Source: an uncultured archaeon (GTDB lineage: Archaea; Asgardarchaeota; Thorarchaeia; Thorarchaeales; Thorarchaeaceae). From it: 22,961 nt of DNA. The notes under the pieces were generated by a model. That model saw nothing but the letters and a program-made list of their open reading frames with translations, did not search any database and was not told the DNA's origin. Shown here in pieces: positions 8,571 to 16,587 of this stretch (positions within the stretch are counted from its first letter, which is position 1; each line of letters starts with the position of its first letter). The stretch lies in contig CAYYQL010000039.1 in NCBI GenBank assembly GCA_964473825.1, forward strand, positions 1-22,961. Direction: 5' to 3'. The translations under genes were made by a program, and so were the position numbers.

Positions 8571-9494
8571 GTGGCGCGTCTGTTCAATCTAATTGGTATA
8601 CAAGACTTGAATCGAGAAGACATAGACAAGATTCTTGATAAAGCGCAAGATATGGAAGAGATATCGAAGAAAAGAAGCAATCAACTCAGCTCCAGAATCA
8701 TGGCGTGCCTTTTCTTTGAACCATCAACCCGCACACGTCTGTCATTCGAGAGCGCTATGCTCCGATTGGGGGGCAGGGTTCTTGGATTTGCCGATGTTGG
8801 AGTTTCCAGTGCTGGAGGAAAAGGTGAGACCCTTGCAGACACCATTCGAACTGTTGAGCGATATGCCGACATAATCGTAATCAGGCACCCCCTAGATGGT
8901 TCGGCCCGGTTGGCAGCTGAGTTCTCAAGCAAACCAATAATCAATGCAGGAAGTGGGTCTGAGGAACATCCAACTCAGGCATTGCTTGATTTGTATTCCA
9001 TCAAAAAGATGAAAGGCTCTATTGATGGTTTGCACATATCGCTCTGCGGGGACCTGAAATATGGTAGAACTGTTCACTCGTTAGCAATGGCCCTTTCAAA
9101 ATACGACGTTACAGTCCGTTTTGCTGCTCCAACGCAGCTCAAGATGAAACCTGCAATTGTGAGTGAGATGCAAGGGGCAGGTATCGACGTGGAGGAGGTT
9201 GACAATATGATTGCAGCTATGAGGGGAACAGACGTTGTCTATATGACCAGAATCCAAAAAGAGAGATTCCCCGACATCAACGAATACAACGCGGTGAAGG
9301 GGCAGTTCAGGATAAGGCTAGAAGAGGTCAGTCTGATGAAAGAAGATGGGATAATTCTTCATCCTCTTCCCCGGGTGGACGAACTTGACCCCTCTGTAGA
9401 TGCAACTCCACAAGCAAGATACTTTGATCAAGTAGAAGCTGGTGTTGTCACAAGAATGGCAATCCTTGACCTCATTCTTGGCTCGGAGGGTTGA
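8571..9494 (+). CDS. pyrB: Aspartate carbamoyltransferase catalytic subunit
   Basis: FFEPSTRT, KGETLADT, RHP, HPTQALLD, GDLKYGRTVHS, RIQKER and HPLPR motifs. Confidence 0.98.
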   Translation: MARLFNLIGIQDLNREDIDKILDKAQDMEEISKKRSNQLSSRIMACLFFEPSTRTRLSFESAMLRLGGRVLGFADVGVSSAGGKGETLADTIRTVERYADIIVIRHPLDGSARLAAEFSSKPIINAGSGSEEHPTQALLDLYSIKKMKGSIDGLHISLCGDLKYGRTVHSLAMALSKYDVTVRFAAPTQLKMKPAIVSEMQGAGIDVEEVDNMIAAMRGTDVVYMTRIQKERFPDINEYNAVKGQFRIRLEEVSLMKEDGIILHPLPRVDELDPSVDATPQARYFDQVEAGVVTRMAILDLILGSEG

Positions 9495-10206
9495 TATCAC
9501 GCAACTGCTTGGTCAACAACTCGACCGAACTAATCTGACTTACTGCAAGAGGTATCTTCATCTGTTCCGACAGGTCTACTGCAAGCCGATCTATCTTTGT
9601 CACGCCATGAAGAATCACGAAAGTAGGCTTGAACTCTTGTGATTTGATTGCTATCATAGGTGCACGGCCTGTATTAACTCTAGTAAAGACAAGGCAGCGT
9701 TCAGTGGTGGCACCAAAGAGCTTCAGGAATGCATCACTATCAAGTTCCTTCACTGCTCTTTCAACATCAACTAGGGTGTAGCCGTATATTTCCCTGTCGA
9801 GGTACGCTTTCCCACTCAGAATATCGCATTTTAAAAGCTCAGAAAATGTCTGGCAGGTCAATGGAAAAGAAAAATCGCTCATGGCCAGAACTATGTTCAT
9901 GTCAACCAGACTGGTATCCATCAGGCGAACAAAGGCTGAGATGACTTGGCCACCGTTTCTCTCGTCCAGATTGAGTAGTGACATCACAAATCGTCTGACT
10001 GTACTTGTTCCAGGAGACTTTCTTCGTCCTGATTCGTAGTCACTTATTACGCTCGGGCTAATATCGAGGTATTCGGCAAGAACAATCTGCGGCAGATGAA
10101 ATCTCTCTCTCCAGACTCTCATGGTCTGACCCGGATAGTCAGATAGAGCGATTTCTCCGGCTATCCGACGTGCCAATCTTTCTCTCACCGAGGCCTGAGT
10201 AGACAT
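9472..10206 (-). CDS. Conserved archaeal XRE-HTH transcriptional regulator (COG1709-like)
   Basis: RIAGEIALS..PG..MR.WR, SPSVISDYESGRRKSPG and FTRVNTGRAPMIAIK. The 3' end overlaps convergent pyrB by 23 nt. Confidence 0.85.
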   Translation of the reverse strand: MSTQASVRERLARRIAGEIALSDYPGQTMRVWRERFHLPQIVLAEYLDISPSVISDYESGRRKSPGTSTVRRFVMSLLNLDERNGGQVISAFVRLMDTSLVDMNIVLAMSDFSFPLTCQTFSELLKCDILSGKAYLDREIYGYTLVDVERAVKELDSDAFLKLFGATTERCLVFTRVNTGRAPMIAIKSQEFKPTFVILHGVTKIDRLAVDLSEQMKIPLAVSQISSVELLTKQLRDINPPSQE

Positions 10207-10324
10207 GATGTCTTCTTCCCATGCCGATTCAAAGATAAGGATTTCGACTATTGCCGATTTCTAGTCGGTAACCCGACGATTTGTAATTCTCATAGAAAAA
10301 CAACACAATGGAAACGGATATGAA

Positions 10325-10431
10325 TGGTGGGCCGGACGAGATTTGAACTCGCGACCTCTTGGACCCAAACCAAGAATCAATCTGGCAGGCGTCATGAATG
10401 ACGATCTGATGCCAAGCTAGACCACCGACCC
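10325..10431 (-). tRNA. tRNA-Pro(TGG) with a 30-nt non-canonical intron at position 21/22 (intron 10380..10409); CCA encoded
   Basis: Minus strand: acceptor GGGTCGG/CCGGCCC-A-CCA, anticodon arm CTTGG-TTTGGGT-CCAAG, T arm GCGAG-TTCAAAT-CTCGT. Removing TCAGATCGTCATTCATGACGCCTGCCAGAT restores the D arm GTCT-AGCTTGGCA-TGAT. Confidence 0.93.
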
Positions 10432-10457
10432 ATGTTCGCGCTTTTCCGATGGGGCGG

Positions 10458-10463
10458 TTATAA
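10458..10463 (-). promoter_or_regulatory. TATA box of tRNA-Pro
   Basis: TTATAA lies 27-32 nt upstream of the mature 5' end at 10431. Confidence 0.6.
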
Positions 10464-10474
10464 GAGTAGCGGAG

Positions 10475-12814
10475 CTATTGAGGCGTAATCTCAATACGAT
10501 GTTCCTGACCATCATCATCGATGTATATCTTTAGGCTGTCTTCATCCCGGTCATAACTGTCAAGAGGGCTTTCATCCATCGTGACCTCGCAGGACTCAAA
10601 CCATAAGCCTCTGAAAACAAGCACCAGTCTTCGTTTCTTTGGATGCCACTCGCCCACTCTTCTTTGGATATTGAAACTGATTCTCTTCTTATCTGACATC
10701 AAAGTCATCCGTGTGAGTGCTGAAGGCCCGTCCTTGGACATACCATCGTCCTCGTATATTTCAAACCGAGAGTTTCTCCCGGGATAAACCCAGACAACCA
10801 GATTTCCTTGATCTTGATTGGTGGACTCGACTTTATCCCCAACAGGGATAATCGCTCCCTCTCGCACGTAGATAGGTTCTTTATCCAATTGGGCTTCTAT
10901 GGAGAAAGATCCGGGGCCAGAAATTGTCTTCCCAGTCCAATAGTCAAACCAGATTCCATCAGGAAAGTATACATTCCTTGATTTCGCATCCTTCTCTAGA
11001 ATCGGTGCAATCATCAGAAAGGGGCCAACCATGAACTGCGTGTCTTCAGCATATGTGACCTCATCATCCTGAAACTCATATACAAGTGGTCGCATGATTG
11101 GTTCGCCTGTACAGCTTGCTTCCCATGCAAGGGAATATAGATACCTTAGGAGCAGATATCGCAAGTTGATGTAGTTTCGTGCAATACTCTCCGTTTCTTC
11201 ACCAAAACGCCAAGGTTCCTGTCTTGCGGTATGAATCCGTGAATGATTCCGGAAGAAGGGATAGAAACATCCTAATTGATACCATCTTGCAAGTAATTCA
11301 GAAGTTGTATTTCCAGAGAAACCGCCGACATCAGCCCCACAGAACGGAATGCCTGAAAGTCCCAGATTGAGAAGCATGGGAATTGAGAGCCAGAGATACT
11401 CCCATTCTGATTGATTGTCTCCTGTCCAAGTTGCTGCAAATCTCTGATATCCTGAAAATCCGGAACGTGTGAGTACAAAGGGCCGCTGGTTTGGATATAT
11501 CGACTCCAGCCCATGATAGACTGCTGCTGCCATGCAGAGTCCATAGACATTCCTGAATACTGGTTCCCAAGGTTCTCCATTGTTAGTAACAACAGAATCC
11601 ATAGAATACTCATCCGCTAGCCCCTCATACATGCAATTGCTTGGCTCATTCATATCAATCCAGCTGCTGCTGCCTACTCCACTCTTCGCAACCCTCTGGT
11701 ACAGAGACCCAAACCACTGCCTCACCTCTGGTCTTGAGAAATCAGGAAACACCGTTTCTCCTGGCCATACTAGCCCAACATACACCTCACCATCACGGTT
11801 CTTAAGAAAATAGTCACTCGCAAGTCCTTGGTCGTACACATCATATCCCTTCTCGAGCTTAACCCCAGGGTCAATTATGGTCATCAGTTGAAAGTCCATT
11901 CTGTGTAGTCTATCTACCAAATCTCTCGGATCTGGGAAGATCTCCGCATCCCAAGTGAACACCTTGTACTCGTCCATGTAGTCGATATCCAAGACAATAG
12001 TATCACACGGGATGTTTCTCGATCGGAGTTCTTGAGCAATCTCCAAGACATCCTCAGTGCTCCGATATTCCGTCCATCTTGACTGTTGATAGCCTAGTGC
12101 CCAGCGTGGAAGAAAATGAGGCTTACCTGTCAATTGGCAATAGCCCTTCACCACCTCTGAGATTTGAGGCCCTAAGATGATGTAAAAATCCACAGGCCCT
12201 CCCTCAGAAGCGAAGAAGTATTCGTTCTCGTTCTCATTTCCAAAATCGAAAGTGGTACGGTACGAGTTGTCAAGAAATATTCCGTGTGCAACTCCATCTC
12301 TTAGGGCAATGAAGAATGGAATTGTCTGATAGAGGGGATCGGAGTCTACTCCGTGATGCGGATTATCAGTATTCCACATCACATAGTGTGCTCCCCGCTT
12401 GTCGAGCCCTCCGGTCTTCTCTCCTAAACCGTAGAAATGATTTTCTTCGCTCATGCACATAGAACATCGAAATCTATCCCCCTCCCAACATACGGCAACA
12501 TCTTGGTTTTCATGAATGACCTTCCCTTCACCGTTTTCCACTTTGATCTGGAATTCATCTGATTGGACGAATATCTTGAAAATATCTGTTACAATGCTCC
12601 ATCCTTTCTCAATCTCTTCAGTAGAAACCAGTACAGGTTCTTCGTATGACACCCGTGCAAAGGAGTTGAGATTGCGATATTTCTTCCCTCGAGTCATCTG
12701 AACTCGGATGATTCTTGGCCCCAGAATCGTTATACGAACATTACCGTTCTTACACTGAAATTCAAAGGCTCTCTCAGTGGCTATCATCCCATACACTTGA
12801 CCCAGACTGATCAT
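10475..12814 (-). CDS. Glycoside hydrolase family 31 (alpha-glucosidase-like)
   Basis: FYGLGEK, PLYQTIPF, LDIDYM, IIDPG, nucleophile motif WIDMNEP, acid/base motif WTGDN, GADVGGF, PFFRNH and YEDDG. Confidence 0.96.
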   Translation of the reverse strand: MISLGQVYGMIATERAFEFQCKNGNVRITILGPRIIRVQMTRGKKYRNLNSFARVSYEEPVLVSTEEIEKGWSIVTDIFKIFVQSDEFQIKVENGEGKVIHENQDVAVCWEGDRFRCSMCMSEENHFYGLGEKTGGLDKRGAHYVMWNTDNPHHGVDSDPLYQTIPFFIALRDGVAHGIFLDNSYRTTFDFGNENENEYFFASEGGPVDFYIILGPQISEVVKGYCQLTGKPHFLPRWALGYQQSRWTEYRSTEDVLEIAQELRSRNIPCDTIVLDIDYMDEYKVFTWDAEIFPDPRDLVDRLHRMDFQLMTIIDPGVKLEKGYDVYDQGLASDYFLKNRDGEVYVGLVWPGETVFPDFSRPEVRQWFGSLYQRVAKSGVGSSSWIDMNEPSNCMYEGLADEYSMDSVVTNNGEPWEPVFRNVYGLCMAAAVYHGLESIYPNQRPFVLTRSGFSGYQRFAATWTGDNQSEWEYLWLSIPMLLNLGLSGIPFCGADVGGFSGNTTSELLARWYQLGCFYPFFRNHSRIHTARQEPWRFGEETESIARNYINLRYLLLRYLYSLAWEASCTGEPIMRPLVYEFQDDEVTYAEDTQFMVGPFLMIAPILEKDAKSRNVYFPDGIWFDYWTGKTISGPGSFSIEAQLDKEPIYVREGAIIPVGDKVESTNQDQGNLVVWVYPGRNSRFEIYEDDGMSKDGPSALTRMTLMSDKKRISFNIQRRVGEWHPKKRRLVLVFRGLWFESCEVTMDESPLDSYDRDEDSLKIYIDDDGQEHRIEITPQ

Positions 12815-12923
12815 AGACAGCAGTACTCCGGTTGTTAACTCCCTCTCACCTCCTTTTCTTCGTTACTGACAGATGCAAAAGCTCATAATGTTCTGCTGGA
12901 ACACTCGACTCGGAGATTGTGCG

Positions 12924-13154
12924 TTGAGTATCCTTGGCCCAGATGACTTCGACAAGAGCAAGAAAGAGCGAACAAAGAAACTCGCAAAGGATCTTGCCCC
13001 TGAGGTAGCAAGACAGGTTGAGAAGATACTTGAGGCAAATGACGGGGAGGAGGCCATGAAGAAGATTGAAAGGCGGTTTGGTTCCAAGATTACTAATAAG
13101 CTAAGATCTGATGCCGATAGCAGCGAACAGTCTAGGTCTGATGAGTCAGAATAA
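12924..13154 (+). CDS. Small charged helical hypothetical protein
   Basis: In frame with ORF 12873..13154. TTG 12924 is preceded by GGAG (12912-12915). Lys/Glu-rich and protein-like; co-directional with the next gene. Confidence 0.65.
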   Translation: MSILGPDDFDKSKKERTKKLAKDLAPEVARQVEKILEANDGEEAMKKIERRFGSKITNKLRSDADSSEQSRSDESE

Positions 13155-13177
13155 CGACATCGATTGGAGAATTCGTC

Positions 13178-13555
13178 ATGACGAAAGAGGACGAAAAAAA
13201 CCACGCCGTTTGGGCAACGGATGATATGATGACCAAACTGGCAGTTATCCGTACCATCGAAGCAGAGAAGCGGACATATCTGGCAGAGCTGAGAACTGGC
13301 ATAGGAGTCCTAGCTATTCCTCTCTCTCTTCTCACTATTCTCATAGCTACACAGAGATACTATGATCCTGCAGAAGTTATCGTATTCATCATCGCACTCC
13401 TTGCAGGGGCCATCTTGATGTCTATTCTCGGAACAACTCTTGTATACCGTTCTTTCACCCGACTGCGGACTGCAGAAAATGACAAGAAAACGGCGTCCAT
13501 GAACATCATATGGCCGATGAGAGAATATCCCCTTACTGCTGATGCACACAAGTAA
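13178..13555 (+). CDS. DUF202/YidH-family small membrane protein
   Basis: AEKRTYLAELRTGI matches the LAxERTxLAxxRT signature and is followed by two hydrophobic helices. Confidence 0.8.
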   Translation: MTKEDEKNHAVWATDDMMTKLAVIRTIEAEKRTYLAELRTGIGVLAIPLSLLTILIATQRYYDPAEVIVFIIALLAGAILMSILGTTLVYRSFTRLRTAENDKKTASMNIIWPMREYPLTADAHK

Positions 13556-13560
13556 GATGA

Positions 13561-13668
13561 TGGAGCCCCAGGCGAGATTTGAATTCGCGCTCCTATTCGT
13601 ATTGAATCAGAGTCTCGCGGCCTCCTCCTTACCAAGGAGGCGATCTGACCGGGCTAAGCTACTGGGGC
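13561..13668 (-). tRNA. tRNA-Thr(GGT) with a 30-nt non-canonical intron at position 53/54 (intron 13584..13613); CCA encoded
   Basis: Minus strand: acceptor GCCCCAG/CTGGGGC-T-CCA (U73, typical of archaeal Thr), anticodon arm CCTCC-TTGGTAA-GGAGG. Removing ACTCTGATTCAATACGAATAGGAGCGCGAA restores the T arm GCGAG-TTCAAAT-CTCGC. Confidence 0.92.
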
Positions 13669-13777
13669 AATCCTGTTTGGCACCGTAGGAATATGCCACA
13701 TGGCGCAGTCGCCTTCCTAAACGAGATAAAGGTTTCGAATGGAGACCCTTTCAACTTGTTCATTCTATAAGAGGGAG

Positions 13778-14677
13778 TCACTGTAGATCCAAATCATGCA
13801 AATGGATTTCGTACTTTCCAAGAGCCCCTCCGAAATTTCCAGCTGTTATTCTAATTGCTGCATTCGTCTTACATACTTCTTGAACTGCTGCAGTCATCGC
13901 TCTTACAACGGCCTGTTCGGATAATCCATTAATGACAATCTCGAGCACAAAACTGCACGCCCTTGGCACTTCTGTTGTTTCCACTTGTGCTGATAGTGTG
14001 GGGCAGTACCGTTCATTTGTTGATGCAGATTGACCGTCATAAACTGATGACGGCTTTGAACCCGAGCCAACAAGACCTCCAGGGAATGGAGTATATGCCC
14101 CCTCGATTCTCTCTATTGCCCGTACAGCCGCCCGTCCTCTTTCCATACCGCCCCTCGTATCTCTGAAGAAACATATGATATTCCCGCCTGCAACTCCCTT
14201 CGTTCGTCCGAACGACTCTTGAACGATAAAGGTACCGCTCATTCTTGGTATCAACCACAGTACCCTGCCTCCAATTGGCCCTTTTTTGGTCTGGTGCCCG
14301 TCCCCAAATCTAGAGAGCTTCGTCCCAATCTTATAGAATTCACGAGGGGCTGGTGTTTCATCAAAGGCATTTGAAGTCGGGCTCGTAAGCACACACAGTC
14401 CAATCCTGCTCATAATCTGCTCTTCCAGACTACTCTTCTTCATGGTGGCAAATATGACTCGTATACCCGGCCTATTATCAGGTGTATCACTCTTATCCAA
14501 GACATATTCAATCCCTGCTTCTGCAGGTGCACCAATCACAGAGGTGGCAAACCCTGTGGCCTCAAGTGCGGTTACTCTGGCCCAGTCCATATCATAAGCC
14601 GTAATTAATGTCCGATTCATATGCATTGAAAATGCCTCGGCGAATGTGTCATCGATTTCTACTCCATTAAGTTTCAT
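13778..14677 (-). CDS. ftr: Formylmethanofuran:H4MPT formyltransferase
   Basis: NGVEIDDTFAEAF, TGFATSVI, EAGIE, TPDNRPG, GGN, PFPGG..GSGSK, ASTN..YCPTL, EIVINGL and AGNFGG. ATG 14677 follows GGTGA; GTG 14686 is an alternative start. Confidence 0.96.
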   Translation of the reverse strand: MKLNGVEIDDTFAEAFSMHMNRTLITAYDMDWARVTALEATGFATSVIGAPAEAGIEYVLDKSDTPDNRPGIRVIFATMKKSSLEEQIMSRIGLCVLTSPTSNAFDETPAPREFYKIGTKLSRFGDGHQTKKGPIGGRVLWLIPRMSGTFIVQESFGRTKGVAGGNIICFFRDTRGGMERGRAAVRAIERIEGAYTPFPGGLVGSGSKPSSVYDGQSASTNERYCPTLSAQVETTEVPRACSFVLEIVINGLSEQAVVRAMTAAVQEVCKTNAAIRITAGNFGGALGKYEIHLHDLDLQ

Positions 14678-14758
14678 AGGGTTCACCGACCTTTGTTCAT
14701 TGCGCCGCAGGCTTTATCTATTGATGGCTTCAGACTCCGATTATCAGAAGGGGTTGAA

Positions 14759-15625
14759 GTGACCATCACACTGGAGCTGACTCATCAACCAGACATACCT
14801 ATAGAGGCCGAGACAATCACCCCCTCAAACTTCCGAAACAAGACCATTTCGTTGATTGCTAGACTCCACGTCCAACAGGGAAACAGATCTTATCCTCTCA
14901 GTGATTTCTTTCGCATTGATGGAACACCATCCCCGTCTGTCAAGGAAACCGAGATAGTATTACATGGTGACTTACGTCGCGTGAAGATGATTGGGCGGCG
15001 AATGAATGGGGGTCGCATCACAATCAAAGGGAATGCAGGCATGTATCTTGGAGCCGAGATGGTTGCTGGAAGAATTCATGTCAATGGCTCAGTAGGATCT
15101 TGGGCTGCAGCTGAGATGCAAGGGGGCAACATTCAGATTGAAGGAGATGCTGCAGATAATTTATGCAGTGGCTATCGTGGCAGTCCAGATGGCATGAGGG
15201 GCGGTCGTGTATACGTGACTGGGAATGTTGGATGTGACATGGCTGCACACATGCGTAGAGGCTTCATAGTCGTGAAGGGCGATGTTGGTGAGAATGCTGC
15301 TGCCAAGATGAGAGGAGGCTCAATTGTGATCCTCGGAGATGTCAACAGGCGGGTGGGAGTTCAGGCTACACGTGGTATGTTGTTTATTCTTGGTCACATG
15401 AGATCTCTGTTTCCCACTTACAAGTCAAGCGGGATAGCTCGTCGTCCATTGGTCGATTACTATCTTCGTTATGTGTTAAATCGTCGCCCCGATTTCATCG
15501 GAGAGCGTGATGTCTTGGATACCAGATGGCTGAAACTCGTGGGAGACTTCGCAGAAACAGATGCACGTGAAGAGATATACTTGTATGAAAGAGCCAATCA
15601 GAAGTACGTAGGAGAACTGGAGTAG
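14759..15625 (+). CDS. fwdC: Formylmethanofuran dehydrogenase subunit C (FwdC/FmdC/FhcC family)
   Basis: PIEAETITP, GN...LSDFF, Gly-rich beta-helix repeats (GxxMxGGxIxIxG) and GYRG..DGMRGG. GTG 14759 after a purine-rich RBS is preferred over TTG 14693. Confidence 0.93.
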   Translation: MTITLELTHQPDIPIEAETITPSNFRNKTISLIARLHVQQGNRSYPLSDFFRIDGTPSPSVKETEIVLHGDLRRVKMIGRRMNGGRITIKGNAGMYLGAEMVAGRIHVNGSVGSWAAAEMQGGNIQIEGDAADNLCSGYRGSPDGMRGGRVYVTGNVGCDMAAHMRRGFIVVKGDVGENAAAKMRGGSIVILGDVNRRVGVQATRGMLFILGHMRSLFPTYKSSGIARRPLVDYYLRYVLNRRPDFIGERDVLDTRWLKLVGDFAETDAREEIYLYERANQKYVGELE

Positions 15626-16579
15626 GTGGAGCAGAGCATCAACAAGAGAGCTTTCGGTCTAGTGGAGAAGTTATGTAGGCACCATAAACACTTGAAGTGT
15701 GCAGTTTCAGAATTGGACAATGGTTCCACGGTTGTGGATTGCGGCGTGGATACTCTAGGCAGCCATGAAGCTGGCCGTATTATCAGCGAGATATGCTTGG
15801 GCGGATTGGGAGCAGTGAGGCTCTCCCAGACCCATATTGATGACATGACTCTTCCTTCAGTGGTGGTGAGTGTGGAGGATCCTCAAGTGGCCTGCCTTGC
15901 ATCTCAACTGGCAGGTTGGGCTATCAAACGAAATGGTTACTCTGCAATGGCTTCGGGGCCGGCTCGAGCTCTAGCGCGGAAAGAGAAGATATTCGAGGGC
16001 ATCTCCTACACTGACCAATCTAACATTGGAGTTATTGTTCTTGAAGCATCTCGACTTCCCTCAGAAGATATCACACACTACATATCGGGGATGTGTAACA
16101 TTGCCCCATCAGACCTTTATTGCATCGTTGTACCTACCGCAAGCGAGGCCGGTTCCGTTCAGATATCAGCAAGAGTTGTCGAGGTGGGCGTACACAAGAT
16201 GCATCATCTCGGCTTCGATTCTGCCAAGATAAAGACGGGATATGGGGTGGCTCCTATTGCCCCAGTCTTTCCGAATGATGCTCAAGCAATGGGACCGACT
16301 AATGACTGCATACTCTACGGCGGTCGTACCTATTATTTCATCCGGCCCGAAGAAGAAGAAGATCTTGACTCATTGGTAAGGCAACTCCCGTCGAGTTCGT
16401 CTGAGCAGTATGGATTACCATTCTATGACCTCTTCAAATCTGTCAACTTCGATTTCTATCAGATAGATCCGCTACTATTCAGTCCTGCAGAGATAACATT
16501 GAACGACATAGAGTCTGGCGACAGTTTCAGATGTGGAGCACTAAACCACGAAATACTGAGAGAGTCTCTGAAATACTGA
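15626..16579 (+). CDS. mch: Methenyl-H4MPT cyclohydrolase
   Basis: VVDCGV, EICLGGLG, ACLASQLAGW, SGPARALA, GSVQISARVVEVGVHK, TNDCILYGG and DFYQIDP.LFSPA. Abuts the fwdC stop. Confidence 0.97.
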   Translation: MEQSINKRAFGLVEKLCRHHKHLKCAVSELDNGSTVVDCGVDTLGSHEAGRIISEICLGGLGAVRLSQTHIDDMTLPSVVVSVEDPQVACLASQLAGWAIKRNGYSAMASGPARALARKEKIFEGISYTDQSNIGVIVLEASRLPSEDITHYISGMCNIAPSDLYCIVVPTASEAGSVQISARVVEVGVHKMHHLGFDSAKIKTGYGVAPIAPVFPNDAQAMGPTNDCILYGGRTYYFIRPEEEEDLDSLVRQLPSSSSEQYGLPFYDLFKSVNFDFYQIDPLLFSPAEITLNDIESGDSFRCGALNHEILRESLKY

Positions 16580-16587
16580 GCCTTTGT

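Noticed and set aside
10432-13560. GH31 block between two tRNAs as an integrated island
   Set aside because: No integrase and no duplicated tRNA 3' end; the shared CGAGATTTGAA is just the T arm of two complete tRNAs.
14990-15390. Repetitive G-rich pattern in fwdC
   Set aside because: Explained by the normal beta-helix repeats of FwdC; not a DNA repeat array.
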